Shown: positions 1 through 10,420, numbered from the stretch's first letter. The stretch is DNA of 64,000 nt from an uncultured Pseudomonadota bacterium (GCA_963818005.1 CAWFQP010000045.1:3273-67272); one strand, 5' to 3'. The notes: generated by a model not told the origin, from the sequence alone. Numbers and translations: made by a program.

Positions 1-636
1 CGGGTTGTCCTGGCCATCGATGGCGCCGGTCTGCAGCCCGGTGTAGGTCTCGGCATAGGCCATCGGCGTGGGGTTGGCGCCGAGCGAGCGGCCCAGCAGC
101 TGCCAGGCGTCGCCGGGCGGCATGCGCAGCTTGACGCCGGACAGGTCGGCCGGCGTGGCGACCTTCTTCTTCGGCTTCAACCCCACCTGGCGCGTGCCGA
201 AGAAGGTGGGTCCGAGGATCTTCACCTTGACCTGGTCCTCGACCATCTTCTTCATCATCGCGCCCGTCTCGCTGGCGAAGAAGGCGTTCAGGTGGTTGGC
301 GTCGCGGAACAGGTAGGCGGAAGTCAGGATCGACCAGGCCGGCACCTGCTTGGAAAAGTCCTGCGGCGCGATGTTGCCGATCTCCAGGTTGTCGCGCTGC
401 AGCGCCACCAGTTCGGTGCCCTGCTTGAACAAGGTGGAGTTGAGGAACAGCTCCACCTTGTAGTCGGCTTCGATGTCCTTGGCGAACATCGTCATCATCT
501 CCGCGCGGATGTCCTTGTCGGAAAACACCGCGGCAAAACGCAGCGTCTTCGGCTGCGCCCAGGCCGGGACCATCGTCGTTGCGGCCAGCGCGGCGGCCGA
601 GGCCAGCGTCGCGCGGCGATTGAGGGTGAAGCTCAT
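1..636 (-). CDS. dctP: TRAP transporter substrate-binding protein DctP (3' end outside window)
   Basis: Manual translation MSFTLNRRATLASAAALAA...NSTLFKQGTELVALQRDNLE...LSGVKLRMPPG...GANPTPMAYAETYTGLQTGAIDGQDNP gives DctP-family motifs and a twin-Arg-like signal; absent from the ORF track because it runs off the edge. Confidence 0.9.
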   Translation of the reverse strand, partial: MSFTLNRRATLASAAALAATTMVPAWAQPKTLRFAAVFSDKDIRAEMMTMFAKDIEADYKVELFLNSTLFKQGTELVALQRDNLEIGNIAPQDFSKQVPAWSILTSAYLFRDANHLNAFFASETGAMMKKMVEDQVKVKILGPTFFGTRQVGLKPKKKVATPADLSGVKLRMPPGDAWQLLGRSLGANPTPMAYAETYTGLQTGAIDGQDNP

Positions 637-1100
637 GGGGTTGTCTCCTGTGGGGTGGTTCGTGATTCGGCGGCCAGCTCGGCGATGACGCGCAGCGCGG
701 CGGTGTACGAGCGCCAGCCCAGGCCCTGGACCGTGCCGCGCACGGCCGGCGAGATGATCGAGTGGGTGCGCCAGGGCTCGCGCGCCGCGATGTTGCTCAT
801 GTGCACCTCGATCACCGGGAAGGGCATCGCCTTGATGGCGTCGTGCAGCGGCACGCCGTGCTGCGTCAGCCCGGCGGGGTTGACCAGCGCGCCCTGCACG
901 GTGTCGATGTTGGCGTGCAGCTTGTCGATCAGCGCACCTTCGTGGTTGGACTGGAAGCACTCCAGCGTCACGTTCAGCTCGCGCGCCAGCGCCTGCAGCG
1001 CCGCGTCGATCTGCGCCAGCGTGGTGGTGCCGTAGATATGGGGTTCACGCCGGCCGAACAGGTTGAGGTTCGGCCCGTGCAGGACCAGCAGCTTTGTCAT
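633..1100 (-). CDS. aroQ: type II 3-dehydroquinate dehydratase
   Basis: LHGPNLNLFGRREPHIYG, QSNHEG, NPAGLT and EVHMSNIAARE motifs; stop overlaps the dctP start (ATGA). Confidence 0.95.
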   Translation of the reverse strand: MTKLLVLHGPNLNLFGRREPHIYGTTTLAQIDAALQALARELNVTLECFQSNHEGALIDKLHANIDTVQGALVNPAGLTQHGVPLHDAIKAMPFPVIEVHMSNIAAREPWRTHSIISPAVRGTVQGLGWRSYTAALRVIAELAAESRTTPQETTP

Positions 1101-1117
1101 GCCGCATCGTAGCAAAG

Positions 1118-1141
1118 TGGAAAGATTTTCCATTATGGAAA
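1118..1141. promoter_or_regulatory. overlapping inverted repeats, candidate IclR operator
   Basis: TGGAAA-GAT-TTTCCA (1118-1132) overlaps TTTCCA-TTA-TGGAAA (1127-1141) in the AT-rich divergent spacer. Confidence 0.6.
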
Positions 1142-1171
1142 CTACTGACGGATCGGTATAGGATGCAGCGC

Positions 1172-1954
1172 ATGAGCAGCCTTCTGGAACGTGGCATCAA
1201 GGTCCTGGAACTGCTGGCCGCGCACCCGCAGGGGCTGCCCCTGTCGGCCATCGCCGCGGCTGGCGACATGCCGCTCAGCGCCACCCATCGCCTGCTGGCC
1301 GAGCTGGTGCGCGTGGGCTACGTGCGCCAGCTGCGCGGCCAGGGCGACTACGTGCTGACGATCAAGCTGGCTTCGCTGGGCCTGGCCTTCCTCAGCGCGT
1401 CGGGCATGGTCGACGTGGCCCAGCCTTCGCTGGACGCGCTGGCCGAAACCTCGCGCGAGCTGGTGCGGCTGGCCATCGTCGACGGCGACGAGCTGGTGTT
1501 CGTGGCCAAGGCGCAGGGCGCCACCCGCGGCCTGCGCTACGACCCCGATATGGGTTTGTCGGTCAGCCTGTCCTGCAGCGCGGCCGGCCACGCCTGGCTG
1601 TCGACACTGAGCGACGACGAGGCCACGACGCTGGTCGCCAGGCAGGGCCTGGGCAGCCCGCAGGAACACGGGCCGCGCGCGCCGACCACGCTGGCCGCGG
1701 TGCTGGCCTGCGTGCGCGCGGCGCGCCGCCGCGGCTACGCGATGATCAGCGACATGTTCGCGCCGGGCATGGCCTCGATGGCGGCGCCGCTGGTCTACCG
1801 CGGCAGCACGCTGGGCGTGATCACCATCGCCGGGCCGACGGTGCGCATGACCGAGGAGCGCATGGTCGCGTTGAGCGATGCGCTGCTGCACACGGCGCAG
1901 GAGGTCGCGGCCTTGAGCGTTTCGTCGACGCTGTTTCGCCGGCGTGCGGCCTGA
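1172..1954 (+). CDS. IclR family transcriptional regulator
   Basis: SLLERGIKVLELLA HTH, SATHRLL, CSAAGHAWL, GMASMAAPL; the start could also be 1163. Confidence 0.92.
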   Translation: MSSLLERGIKVLELLAAHPQGLPLSAIAAAGDMPLSATHRLLAELVRVGYVRQLRGQGDYVLTIKLASLGLAFLSASGMVDVAQPSLDALAETSRELVRLAIVDGDELVFVAKAQGATRGLRYDPDMGLSVSLSCSAAGHAWLSTLSDDEATTLVARQGLGSPQEHGPRAPTTLAAVLACVRAARRRGYAMISDMFAPGMASMAAPLVYRGSTLGVITIAGPTVRMTEERMVALSDALLHTAQEVAALSVSSTLFRRRAA

Positions 1955-1961
1955 AACGCCG

Positions 1962-2390
1962 CTACAACCGCCCGGTACAGCCCGGCGCGCCGCAGCGGCA
2001 GGCCAGCTGCCCCTGGTGGTGGGTTTCGCCGTAGTGCACGGTGATCTCCTCGCCCACCGCGATGGCGCGCAACGCATAGAACTCGACGCGGCCCTGGCCG
2101 ATGTCCAGCCGCGCGTTGGGCTGGCAGGAATGGTTGGTGTAGCGCATCGGGTCGTTCGACCGGCTGAAGTCGATGGCGCGCCGCGGCGACAGCTCGACGA
2201 TCATGATGCGCTCGCTGCGCGTGGCGCGGATGCGCGCGGTGTCGACGCTGATTGATTCGCCGCGGATCTCGCCGATCTTGCGTGCCGCGGCGATGGCCTG
2301 CGCGGCGAACACGCCCTGGCCGTCGATGCGGCTGGGCCGCACCTCCAGGTCGTACTTCTGGTAGGCCGGGCGCGGAGCAGCCGCCGTCAC
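1962..2390 (-). CDS. SET domain protein-lysine methyltransferase with post-SET Cys motif
   Basis: SRIDGQGVFA, RYTNHSCQPN, GEEITVHYG, CRCGAPGCTGRL; GTG start inferred 5 nt after the queF stop. Confidence 0.88.
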   Translation of the reverse strand: MTAAAPRPAYQKYDLEVRPSRIDGQGVFAAQAIAAARKIGEIRGESISVDTARIRATRSERIMIVELSPRRAIDFSRSNDPMRYTNHSCQPNARLDIGQGRVEFYALRAIAVGEEITVHYGETHHQGQLACRCGAPGCTGRL

Positions 2391-2395
2391 AAGTG

Positions 2396-2872
2396 TCAGC
2401 CACTCAGACCCGTGGCCGTGCCGGTGGGCGGCAGCGTCACCGGTGAAGCAGGCTTCCAGCCCTTCTTGCGGTGCTCGACCACCACGTCGGTGTAGATGCC
2501 GCCGCGCACGTACCAGCGCGCGGTGATGCGCGCGAAACGCGGCGACGCGGCCTTGACGATGTCGTCGAGCACGTTGTTCGTCACCTTCTCGTGGAACGCA
2601 CCTTCGTTGCGGTAGCTCCAGAAGTACAGCTTCAGGCTCTTCAGCTCGATGCACAGCTTGTCGCACACCATGTCGATGCTGAAGTGCGCAAAGTCCGGCT
2701 GCCCGGTCAGCGGGCACAGGCAGGTGAATTCGGGCAGTTGGAAGCGGATCAGGTAGTCGCGCTCCGATGCCGGGTTCGCAAAGACCTGCAGTTCCTTGCT
2801 CGGCTCGGTGGGCGGCTTCGCGGGTGCCCGGCGCTGGCGGGCGGCAGGCGGCTTGACGGGCTTGCGCGGCAT
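2396..2872 (-). CDS. queF: NADPH-dependent preQ0 reductase, short unimodular (type I) QueF
   Basis: [16 protein letters not shown] (catalytic Cys/Asp), QueF motif [25 protein letters not shown]. Confidence 0.93.
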   Translation of the reverse strand: MPRKPVKPPAARQRRAPAKPPTEPSKELQVFANPASERDYLIRFQLPEFTCLCPLTGQPDFAHFSIDMVCDKLCIELKSLKLYFWSYRNEGAFHEKVTNNVLDDIVKAASPRFARITARWYVRGGIYTDVVVEHRKKGWKPASPVTLPPTGTATGLSG

Positions 2873-2923
2873 GGCAGGGCGGTGAAAAAGGGGCCGCGAT
2901 GCTACCATCCGCGCCCCTTGGAC

Positions 2924-4534
2924 ATGCCCGCTTCTGCCACCGGCTTGTGTAGGAATGGCCTCCGTGGGAGCCGTGGTTGCGCGCTGCTGCTGGCCTGGGC
3001 CCTGGCCGGCTGCATGGCGCTGCCCGACGTGTCGCAGCGTCCCTGGGACCGCGGCCTGCCCACCCGGGCGGACAGCCCGCTGGTGCAGCAGGCCGCAGCC
3101 TCGGTGCCACAAGGTGAACTCAGCGGCTTCATGCTCGTGAGCTCCGGCGCCCAGGCGTTGCAGTTGCGGCTGATGCTGATCGAGCGTGCGACGCACTCGA
3201 TCGACCTGCAGGTCTATCAGTTCAAGAGCGACGCCAGCGGCCGTGCGCTGATGCGTGCGCTGCGCGATGCCGCGGCGCGTGGTGTGCGGGTGCGGCTGCT
3301 GCTCGATGACCTGTACACCGCGGGTGACGACGCGCTGTGGTTGGGCCTGGCCGCGACGCCCGGCGTGGAACTGCGGCTGTTCAACCCCTTTCTCGCCGGG
3401 CGCGACAGCTTGCCGGGCCGCCTGATCGACTCGGCGCTGGGCGAAGAGCGGCTGCACCGTCGCATGCACAACAAGCTGCTGGTGGCCGATGGTGCGTGGG
3501 CCATGGCCGGCGGGCGCAACATCGCCGACGCCTACTTTCTGCCGGCGGCGCAGGGCTCCTTCGTCGACATCGACGTGCTCGGGGCCGGCGCGCTGGTGCC
3601 GCAGATGACGCAGGCCTTCGACCTGTACTGGAACAGCGACTACAGCCACGATCTGCGCAGCGTCGTCGACGAGCCTCTGGACACTACGGCCCGGCGCGCC
3701 GCTTTCGCGCAGGCGCTGGGCCGCAGCTGCCTGTCGGCCGAGTGCGCGGCGGTGGCGCAGGCGCGGCAGGCCGACGCGGCGCTCACGCTGGCCTTCGACC
3801 AGGGCCGCCTGCCGCTGCGACTGGCCCGGGCCAGCGTGGCCTACGACTCGCCGGCCAAGATCGAGAACGACGAAGTCGCGACGGACATCGCCATGCTGGC
3901 CAGCAGCGGCGCGCAGGTGCGCCTGCTGGTGGCACAAGCCATCCGCCAGGCGCAGCGCGAGCTGGTGATCGTCTCGCCCTATCTGATTCCCGGGCCGGTG
4001 GGCGTGGCCGGGCTGGGCGCGCTGCGCCAGCGCGGCGTGCAGGTGACGATGCTGACCAACTCGCTCGCCGCCACCGACGAGCCGATGGTGCACCTGGGCT
4101 ACCGCAAGTACCGTGCGGCCCTGCTGCGCGAAGGGGTCGCGCTCTACGAATGGAGTCCGGCGCGCGGCGGCCGCGTGCTGCGCGAGCTGCTGGCCGGCGG
4201 CACGGTGCTGCGCCTGCACGCCAAGGCGGCGCTGATCGACCGCGAACTGGTGTTCCTGGGGTCGATGAACTTCGACCCGCGCTCGCGCGACCTGAACACC
4301 GAATTCGGCCTGCTGATCCGCAGCCCGGAACTGGCGGAGGAACTGCATGCCTTGTTGCAGCGGCTGCTGCACGAAGGGGCCTACCGGCTGCACCTGGGCG
4401 AGGACGGCCGCACGCTGCACTGGAGCGCCGGCGACAGCGACCGGCACATCGACGTGGTCGAGCCCGACACCGACTTCGGCAGCCGCTTGCTGCTCGATCT
4501 GCTGGAGCCCTTCGTGCCCGAGGAGATGCTCTAG
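2924..4534 (+). CDS. phospholipase D family lipoprotein (ClsC/YmdC-like)
   Basis: Two HKD motifs ([18 protein letters not shown]), [13 protein letters not shown] lipobox. Confidence 0.88.
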   Translation: MPASATGLCRNGLRGSRGCALLLAWALAGCMALPDVSQRPWDRGLPTRADSPLVQQAAASVPQGELSGFMLVSSGAQALQLRLMLIERATHSIDLQVYQFKSDASGRALMRALRDAAARGVRVRLLLDDLYTAGDDALWLGLAATPGVELRLFNPFLAGRDSLPGRLIDSALGEERLHRRMHNKLLVADGAWAMAGGRNIADAYFLPAAQGSFVDIDVLGAGALVPQMTQAFDLYWNSDYSHDLRSVVDEPLDTTARRAAFAQALGRSCLSAECAAVAQARQADAALTLAFDQGRLPLRLARASVAYDSPAKIENDEVATDIAMLASSGAQVRLLVAQAIRQAQRELVIVSPYLIPGPVGVAGLGALRQRGVQVTMLTNSLAATDEPMVHLGYRKYRAALLREGVALYEWSPARGGRVLRELLAGGTVLRLHAKAALIDRELVFLGSMNFDPRSRDLNTEFGLLIRSPELAEELHALLQRLLHEGAYRLHLGEDGRTLHWSAGDSDRHIDVVEPDTDFGSRLLLDLLEPFVPEEML

Positions 4535-4633
4535 CGGATGTTATGATCCCGACTCGCGGCTACGCTGAATAGTCGTTCTGAATCAAATACTTAGCTTGAT
4601 TCTTCAGGCTCGAAACGCCGCTGCCGGACCGCC

Positions 4634-7600
4634 ATGCGCCTCAACCAGATCAAGCTCTCCGGCTTCAAGTCCTTCTCCGATCCGACCACCTTCTCGCTGC
4701 CCGGGCAGCGTGTCGGCGTGGTCGGCCCCAACGGCTGCGGCAAGTCCAACATCATGGACGCGGTGCGCTGGGTGCTGGGCGAAAGCAAGGCCAGCGAGCT
4801 GCGCGGCGAGTCGATGCAGGACGTGATCTTCAACGGCTCGGGCCTGCGCAAGCCGGCCGGCCGGGCCAGCGTGGAGCTGGTCTTCGACAACAGCGATGCG
4901 CGCGCCGGCGGGCCGTGGAACCAGTTCGGCGAAATCGCCGTCAAGCGTGTGCTGACGCGCGACGGCGGCTCCAGCTACTACATCAACAACCAGCCGGTGC
5001 GCCGCCGCGACGTGCAGGACGTGTTCATGGGCACGGGCCTGGGGCCGCGCGCCTACGCCATCATCGGCCAGGGCACGATCAGCCGCATCATCGAATCGCG
5101 TCCCGAGGAACTGCGGCTGTTCCTCGAAGAAGCCGCCGGCGTGTCCAAGTACAAGGAACGCCGCCGCGAGACCGAGAACCGGCTGAAGGACACGCGCGAG
5201 AACCTGACGCGCGTCGACGACATCCTGCGCGAGCTGAACGCCAACCTCGAGAAGCTGGAGAAGCAGGCCGAGGTGGCCCAGACCTACCGCCAGCTGCAGG
5301 AGCAGGGCACGCTGAAGCTGCACCAGTTCTGGTTCCTGAAGCACCGCGATGCCGCGCAGGAAGAGCAGCGTGTGCATGCGGCGCTGCTGGAAGCCACCAA
5401 CGCGCTGGAAGCGCGTGTGGCCGAGTTGCGCCACGTCGAGGCCGAACTGGAGGCGGTGCGCCAGTCGCACTACGCTGCCGGCGACGGGCTGCACCAGCGC
5501 CAGGGCGAGCTGGCCGAGGCGGCGCTGGAAGTCAGCCGGCTGGAAGAGCGCATCCGCTACGTGGTCGAAGGCCGTGAGCGCGCGCAAGCCCGCTTGAACG
5601 AGCTGCAGGCGCAGAACGAACAATGGGCCACGCGCCAGGCCGATGCCGATGCCGAACTGGAACGCATCGCCATTGCGATGCAGGCCGCGCAGGAACAGTC
5701 CGAGCTGCAGGCTGCGCAGGCCGAAGAGCAGGCGATGCAGTTGCCGGGCCTGGAAGACGCGCTGCGCGATGCGCAGCAGCGCAGCAACCAGCAGCGCGGC
5801 GCGGTGTCCGAGGTGCAGCAGCAGATCCAGGTGCTGGCGGCAGAGAGCCGCAACCTGGACGATCAGACGCGCCAGCTGCAGCAGCGCAACGAGCGGCTGG
5901 GCAGCGAGCGCCAGGGCCTGGTTCTGCCCGATCTGCACAAGCTCGAACAGCTGCAGCGCGACAGCGCCGCCCTGCATGAACGCCAGGCGCTTGCCGACAC
6001 ACAGCAGCACGAGCTGGACGAGCAGGTGCTTTCGCTGGACGAGCAGCGGCGCGCGCTGGCCCAGGCGGCCGCCACCGAAGCCTCGCGCCAGGCCGAGCTG
6101 GGTGCGCGGCTGGAGGCACTGCGTGCACTGCAGGACAAGGTGCAAAGCAGCGGCAAGCTCAAGCCCTGGCTGCTCAAGCACGGCCTGGACAGTCTGCAGG
6201 GCCTGTGGACCCGGGTGCATATCGAGCCCGGCTGGGAAACCGCGTTGGAAGCCGCACTGCGCGAGCGCTTGAACGCGCTGGAGGTCGGGCGCTTGGAGAC
6301 GGTGCGCGCTTTCGCCACCGACGCGCCGCCGACGCGGCTGGCCTTCTATTCGTCGAATGCCGGTGCCATCGCCAGCACGCACCGCACGCTGCCGCGCTTG
6401 TCGGAGCTGCTGCGGCTGAACGATGCCGGGTTGCAGGCGCTGCTCGACGACTGGCTCGAAGGCGTGTACACCGCGCCCAGCCTCGACGAAGCGCTGGCCG
6501 CGCGCGACCAGCTGACGCATGGCGAAGTGGTCATGTCGCGCGAAGGCCATGCGGTGTCGCAGTACGCGGTGAGCTTTTACGCGCCCGATTCCGAGCAAGC
6601 CGGCATGCTGGCGCGGCAGCAGGAAATCGAGAACCTGGAGCGCCAGCTCCGCGCGCAAGGGCTGATCGCCGACGAAGCGCGCAGCGCCAGCGTGCGTGTC
6701 GAGGCGGCCCACACCGAAGCCTCGCTGCGCCTGGCCAGCGCCCGGCGCGAGGCCGCCGAGGCACAGACCCGCGCCCACCAGACGCAGGTGGAGCTGCTGC
6801 GCCTATCGCAGCAGGCCGAGGCCAGCCAGGCGCGGCGCAGCCAGCTCGACGGCGAGCTGTCCGAAGTGGGCGCGCTGCTCGACGCGCTGCGCGAACGCCG
6901 CAGCCAGAGCGAGGCGCGTTTCGAGGAGCTGGACCAGCAACTGGCCGACGCGCAGCAGCGTCACAGCGAGCTGGACGATGCGGTCATCGATGCCGAGCGC
7001 GGGCTCAACGCCGCGCGCGAGCAGTTGCGCACGCTGGAACGCCAGGCCCAGGAGGCCACCTTCCAGTCGCGCACGCTGGCGGCGCGCCAAGGCGAACTGC
7101 GGCGCGCCATCGAAACGGCGCAGCAGCAGGTCGCCACCAACGTGCAGGCCGCCGCGCAGGTCGACGAGGAACTGGCCGGTCTCAACGACGCCGCCGCGCA
7201 GGCCGGGCTGCAGACCGCACTGGGCTTGCGCCTGCAGCGCGAACAGGCGCTGTCCGCCACGCGCAGCCAGTACGACGAGCTGAGCGCGAAGCTGCGCGCC
7301 GCCGAGGAGCAGCGGCTGACGCTGGAGCGCAGCCTGGAGCCGATGCGCGAGAGCCTGACCAGGCTGCAGCTGGAGCAGCAGGCGGCGATGCTGGGCGGTG
7401 CGCAGTATCTGGAGCAACTGACGGCCGCGCAGGCGGATCTGCAAGTGCTGCAGCAGGGCATCGAACAAGGCGGCGTCAAGCTGTGGGGCCTGCAGGGCGA
7501 GATCGACCGGCTGAATCGCGAGTTGGCGGCGCTGGGTGCGGTGAACCTGGCCGCGCTGGAGGAGCTGAGCGCGGCGCGCGAGCGCAAGAGCTTCCTCGAC

Positions 7601-8149
7601 GCGCAGAATGCCGACCTGCTGGAGGCGATGAACACGCTCGAAGACGCGATCCGCAAGATCGACCTGGAAACACGCGAGCTGCTGGGGCAGACCTTCACGC
7701 AGGTGAACGAACATTTTGGCCGCATGTTCCCGAGCCTGTTCGGCGGTGGCAGCGCGCGGCTGGTGATGACCGGCGACGAGATCCTCGACGCGGGTGTGCA
7801 GGTGCTGGCGCAGCCGCCGGGCAAGAAGAACAGCACCATCCACCTGCTGTCCGGCGGCGAGAAGGCGCTGACCGCGATCGCGCTGGTGTTCGCGATCTTC
7901 CAGCTCAACCCTGCGCCGTTCTGTCTGCTCGACGAAGTGGACGCGCCGCTGGACGACGCCAACACCGAGCGCTACTGCAAGCTGGTCACCGAGATGAGCA
8001 TGGGCACACAGTTCCTGTTCATCAGCCACAACAAGATCGCGATGGAGATGGCCGAGCAGCTGATCGGCGTCACGATGCAGGAGCAGGGCGTGTCGCGCAT
8101 CGTCGCAGTGGACATGGACGCGGCGCTGTCCATGGCCGAGGCGGCATGA
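4634..8149 (+). CDS. smc: chromosome segregation protein SMC
   Basis: GPNGCGKSN Walker A, coiled coils and hinge, LSGGEK, LLDEVDAPLD; 1171 aa. Confidence 0.98.
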   Translation: MRLNQIKLSGFKSFSDPTTFSLPGQRVGVVGPNGCGKSNIMDAVRWVLGESKASELRGESMQDVIFNGSGLRKPAGRASVELVFDNSDARAGGPWNQFGEIAVKRVLTRDGGSSYYINNQPVRRRDVQDVFMGTGLGPRAYAIIGQGTISRIIESRPEELRLFLEEAAGVSKYKERRRETENRLKDTRENLTRVDDILRELNANLEKLEKQAEVAQTYRQLQEQGTLKLHQFWFLKHRDAAQEEQRVHAALLEATNALEARVAELRHVEAELEAVRQSHYAAGDGLHQRQGELAEAALEVSRLEERIRYVVEGRERAQARLNELQAQNEQWATRQADADAELERIAIAMQAAQEQSELQAAQAEEQAMQLPGLEDALRDAQQRSNQQRGAVSEVQQQIQVLAAESRNLDDQTRQLQQRNERLGSERQGLVLPDLHKLEQLQRDSAALHERQALADTQQHELDEQVLSLDEQRRALAQAAATEASRQAELGARLEALRALQDKVQSSGKLKPWLLKHGLDSLQGLWTRVHIEPGWETALEAALRERLNALEVGRLETVRAFATDAPPTRLAFYSSNAGAIASTHRTLPRLSELLRLNDAGLQALLDDWLEGVYTAPSLDEALAARDQLTHGEVVMSREGHAVSQYAVSFYAPDSEQAGMLARQQEIENLERQLRAQGLIADEARSASVRVEAAHTEASLRLASARREAAEAQTRAHQTQVELLRLSQQAEASQARRSQLDGELSEVGALLDALRERRSQSEARFEELDQQLADAQQRHSELDDAVIDAERGLNAAREQLRTLERQAQEATFQSRTLAARQGELRRAIETAQQQVATNVQAAAQVDEELAGLNDAAAQAGLQTALGLRLQREQALSATRSQYDELSAKLRAAEEQRLTLERSLEPMRESLTRLQLEQQAAMLGGAQYLEQLTAAQADLQVLQQGIEQGGVKLWGLQGEIDRLNRELAALGAVNLAALEELSAARERKSFLDAQNADLLEAMNTLEDAIRKIDLETRELLGQTFTQVNEHFGRMFPSLFGGGSARLVMTGDEILDAGVQVLAQPPGKKNSTIHLLSGGEKALTAIALVFAIFQLNPAPFCLLDEVDAPLDDANTERYCKLVTEMSMGTQFLFISHNKIAMEMAEQLIGVTMQEQGVSRIVAVDMDAALSMAEAA

Positions 8150-8345
8150 ACGGGCCCACCCCCTGCGGCCTTCGCCCGCCCCGTCCAGGGGGGCGAGACG
8201 GCGCCGGGCAAGCGCCTGCACGCTTGCGCGCGGCTGCCGGGCGCAATGCGCCGTGCAAGACGCACTGCAGCGCTGGCGGCCCGGCAAAGCCGGTCCCGCG
8301 GCGCTTGCTCGAAGGGCGTATCGCGATTCGCGCGGCGTGCTTGTC

Positions 8346-9386
8346 ATGAGCCTGACTGTTGCGCTGTCGATACTGGGTGCGCTGTTGCTGGTGGCGCTGC
8401 TGGCCCATGGCTGGTGGAGCGCGCGCCGCGCCAGCCCGCGCCAGGCCGATGCGCCGCTGCCCGCGCCGCAGCGGGTCGAGCCGGGCTTCAGCGAGGTGCC
8501 GAGCGTGCCTGCCGGCCCCGCGGCCGACCCGAACGAGCGGCGTGCTCCGGCCGCGCGGCGCCAGGCGCGGCTGGACGCGCTGGTCGATGCCATCGTGCCG
8601 CTGTCTCTGGAAGCACCGGTCAGCGGCGAGGCCATCATGGCCCACTGGCCGGCCACCCGCCGCGCAGGCACCAAGCCCTTCCATATCGAAGGCCTCGACA
8701 TCGACAGCGGCGATTGGGAGCTGCCCGCTGCCGGTCATCGCTACAGCGAGTTGCAGGCGGGCGTGCAGTTGGCCAACCGCAGCGGTGCGCTGAACGAGAT
8801 CGAGTACTCCGAATTCGTGCACAAGCTGCAGGCCTTTGCCGAAGGCGTCGGCGCGATGCCCGACTTTCCCGACATGCTCGACGTGGTGGCCCGCGCCCGC
8901 GAGCTCGATGGCTTTGCAGGCCCGCTCGATGCGCAGCTCGCGGTGCGCCTGGTGGCGCGCTCGGTCGCCTGGTCGGTCGGCTATGTGCAGCAGCGTGCCG
9001 GCCGCCAGGGCCTGGTGCCCGGCGCGGTGGCCGGCCGCCTGGTGCTGCCGGCGGCAGACGAAGGCGCGCCGCCGGTGCTGGTGCTGGAGTTCGACGCCCA
9101 GGCCGCGCTGGCCGACGACCCGCAGGCCGCAGCGCTGCGCGAGGTGATTCTCAGCCTGGACGTGCCGCAGACGCCGGCCGCGGTCGAGCCTTTCCCCACT
9201 TGGCACAAGGTGGCGCATGCATTGGCCGAGGACATGGATGCCGAGTTGCTGGACGACGCCGGCCGGCCGATCACGCTGCATGCCTTCGACGCCATCGGCA
9301 GGGACCTGGATCAGCTGTATGCCGCGCTGGACACCCACGACCTGGCGGCAGGCTCGCCGGCCGCGCGGCGGCTGTTTGCGGGTTGA
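8346..9386 (+). CDS. zipA: cell division protein ZipA-like (N-terminal TM, C-terminal FtsZ-binding domain)
   Basis: TM anchor, Pro-rich linker, QLANRSGALNEIEYSEF, LDVPQT, GSPAARRLF; directly after smc. Confidence 0.85.
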   Translation: MSLTVALSILGALLLVALLAHGWWSARRASPRQADAPLPAPQRVEPGFSEVPSVPAGPAADPNERRAPAARRQARLDALVDAIVPLSLEAPVSGEAIMAHWPATRRAGTKPFHIEGLDIDSGDWELPAAGHRYSELQAGVQLANRSGALNEIEYSEFVHKLQAFAEGVGAMPDFPDMLDVVARARELDGFAGPLDAQLAVRLVARSVAWSVGYVQQRAGRQGLVPGAVAGRLVLPAADEGAPPVLVLEFDAQAALADDPQAAALREVILSLDVPQTPAAVEPFPTWHKVAHALAEDMDAELLDDAGRPITLHAFDAIGRDLDQLYAALDTHDLAAGSPAARRLFAG

Positions 9387-9595
9387 AGCGCGCCGGTTCC
9401 TGTCGCAAGAGCATGCGGCAAGGCGATCTTGTCGAGTCGCATTGGCGACAGGCATTCAAGGCAACCCTGGATTGACGGCGGCGGCGCGCACGGCCGACAC
9501 TTCCGGCGCTGCGTTCGCAGTCGAGCGCCCTCATCGGACACTCGCTTGAGATTTCCGCGCAATGCCCCAACTATGCAAGGTTTGAGGATCCGCCA

Positions 9596-10420
9596 ATGCA
9601 GCAAACTGTAGACATGCAGGACTACGACTTCGAGTCCCCGCAAGGCGTGCGTCCGCCTGGCTCGCACGCGCGTGCGCTCGAAGCGCGCGCACCTTTCGAG
9701 GCGCTGTCCAGCCTGGGCCTGTGGCCGCTGTTGCTGGCCGGCCCACGCGGCGACGGACACCCGGTGCTGGTGCTGCCGGGGCTGGTGGCGCATGATTCTT
9801 CGACACGCATGCTGCGAAACTTCCTCATCCAGCGCGGCTTCGCTGCGCACGGCTGGGGCCAGGGCATCAACTTCGGACCGCGCCCGCACGTGGTCGAGGC
9901 CTGCGTCGAGCGCGTGCGCTTTCTTTACCGCCAGTCGGGCGGACGCAAGGTCAGCCTGGTCGGCCAGAGCCTGGGCGGCATCTATGCGCGCGTGCTGGCC
10001 TGGCTGGCCGAAGACCAGGTGCGCAGCGTCATCACGCTCGGCAGCCCGATCACCGGGCCGGCCTCGGCCAGCAACGCGCGCCGGCTGTACGAAGCGGTGA
10101 GCGGGCGGCATGCCCACCAGCCGGCCTACCAGACGCTGCTGCGGCGGCCGCCGCACGTGCCGACGACGTCGATCTTCAGCCGCAGCGACGGCGTGGTCGC
10201 CTGGCAGGCCAGCCTGATGGACGAGCACCCGCTGGCCGAGAACATCGAGGTGTCGACCAGCCACACCGGCATGGCGCTGGCGCCGGCGGTGCTGCATGCC
10301 GTCGGCGACCGACTGGCGCAGCCCGAGGGCCAGTGGCAGCCGTTCCGGCGCGACGGCCTGCTGCAATGGATCTACGGCGACACGCAGCGGCTGCGCGAAG
10401 CCGCCCCGCAACGCCAATGA
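9596..10420 (+). CDS. alpha/beta hydrolase (lipase/esterase-like)
   Basis: VLVLPGL, GQSLGG nucleophile elbow, ITLGSP, SDGVV, SHTGM. Confidence 0.85.
   Translation: MQQTVDMQDYDFESPQGVRPPGSHARALEARAPFEALSSLGLWPLLLAGPRGDGHPVLVLPGLVAHDSSTRMLRNFLIQRGFAAHGWGQGINFGPRPHVVEACVERVRFLYRQSGGRKVSLVGQSLGGIYARVLAWLAEDQVRSVITLGSPITGPASASNARRLYEAVSGRHAHQPAYQTLLRRPPHVPTTSIFSRSDGVVAWQASLMDEHPLAENIEVSTSHTGMALAPAVLHAVGDRLAQPEGQWQPFRRDGLLQWIYGDTQRLREAAPQRQ

Noticed and set aside
2873-2923. preQ1 riboswitch upstream of queF
   Set aside because: The 50-bp spacer shows no preQ1 stem-loop with an A-rich tail on the minus strand
8150-8345. GC-rich REP/MITE-like spacer after smc, and a similar one at 33820-33890
   Set aside because: The two share only short G/C runs; no convincing second copy or terminal repeats within the window
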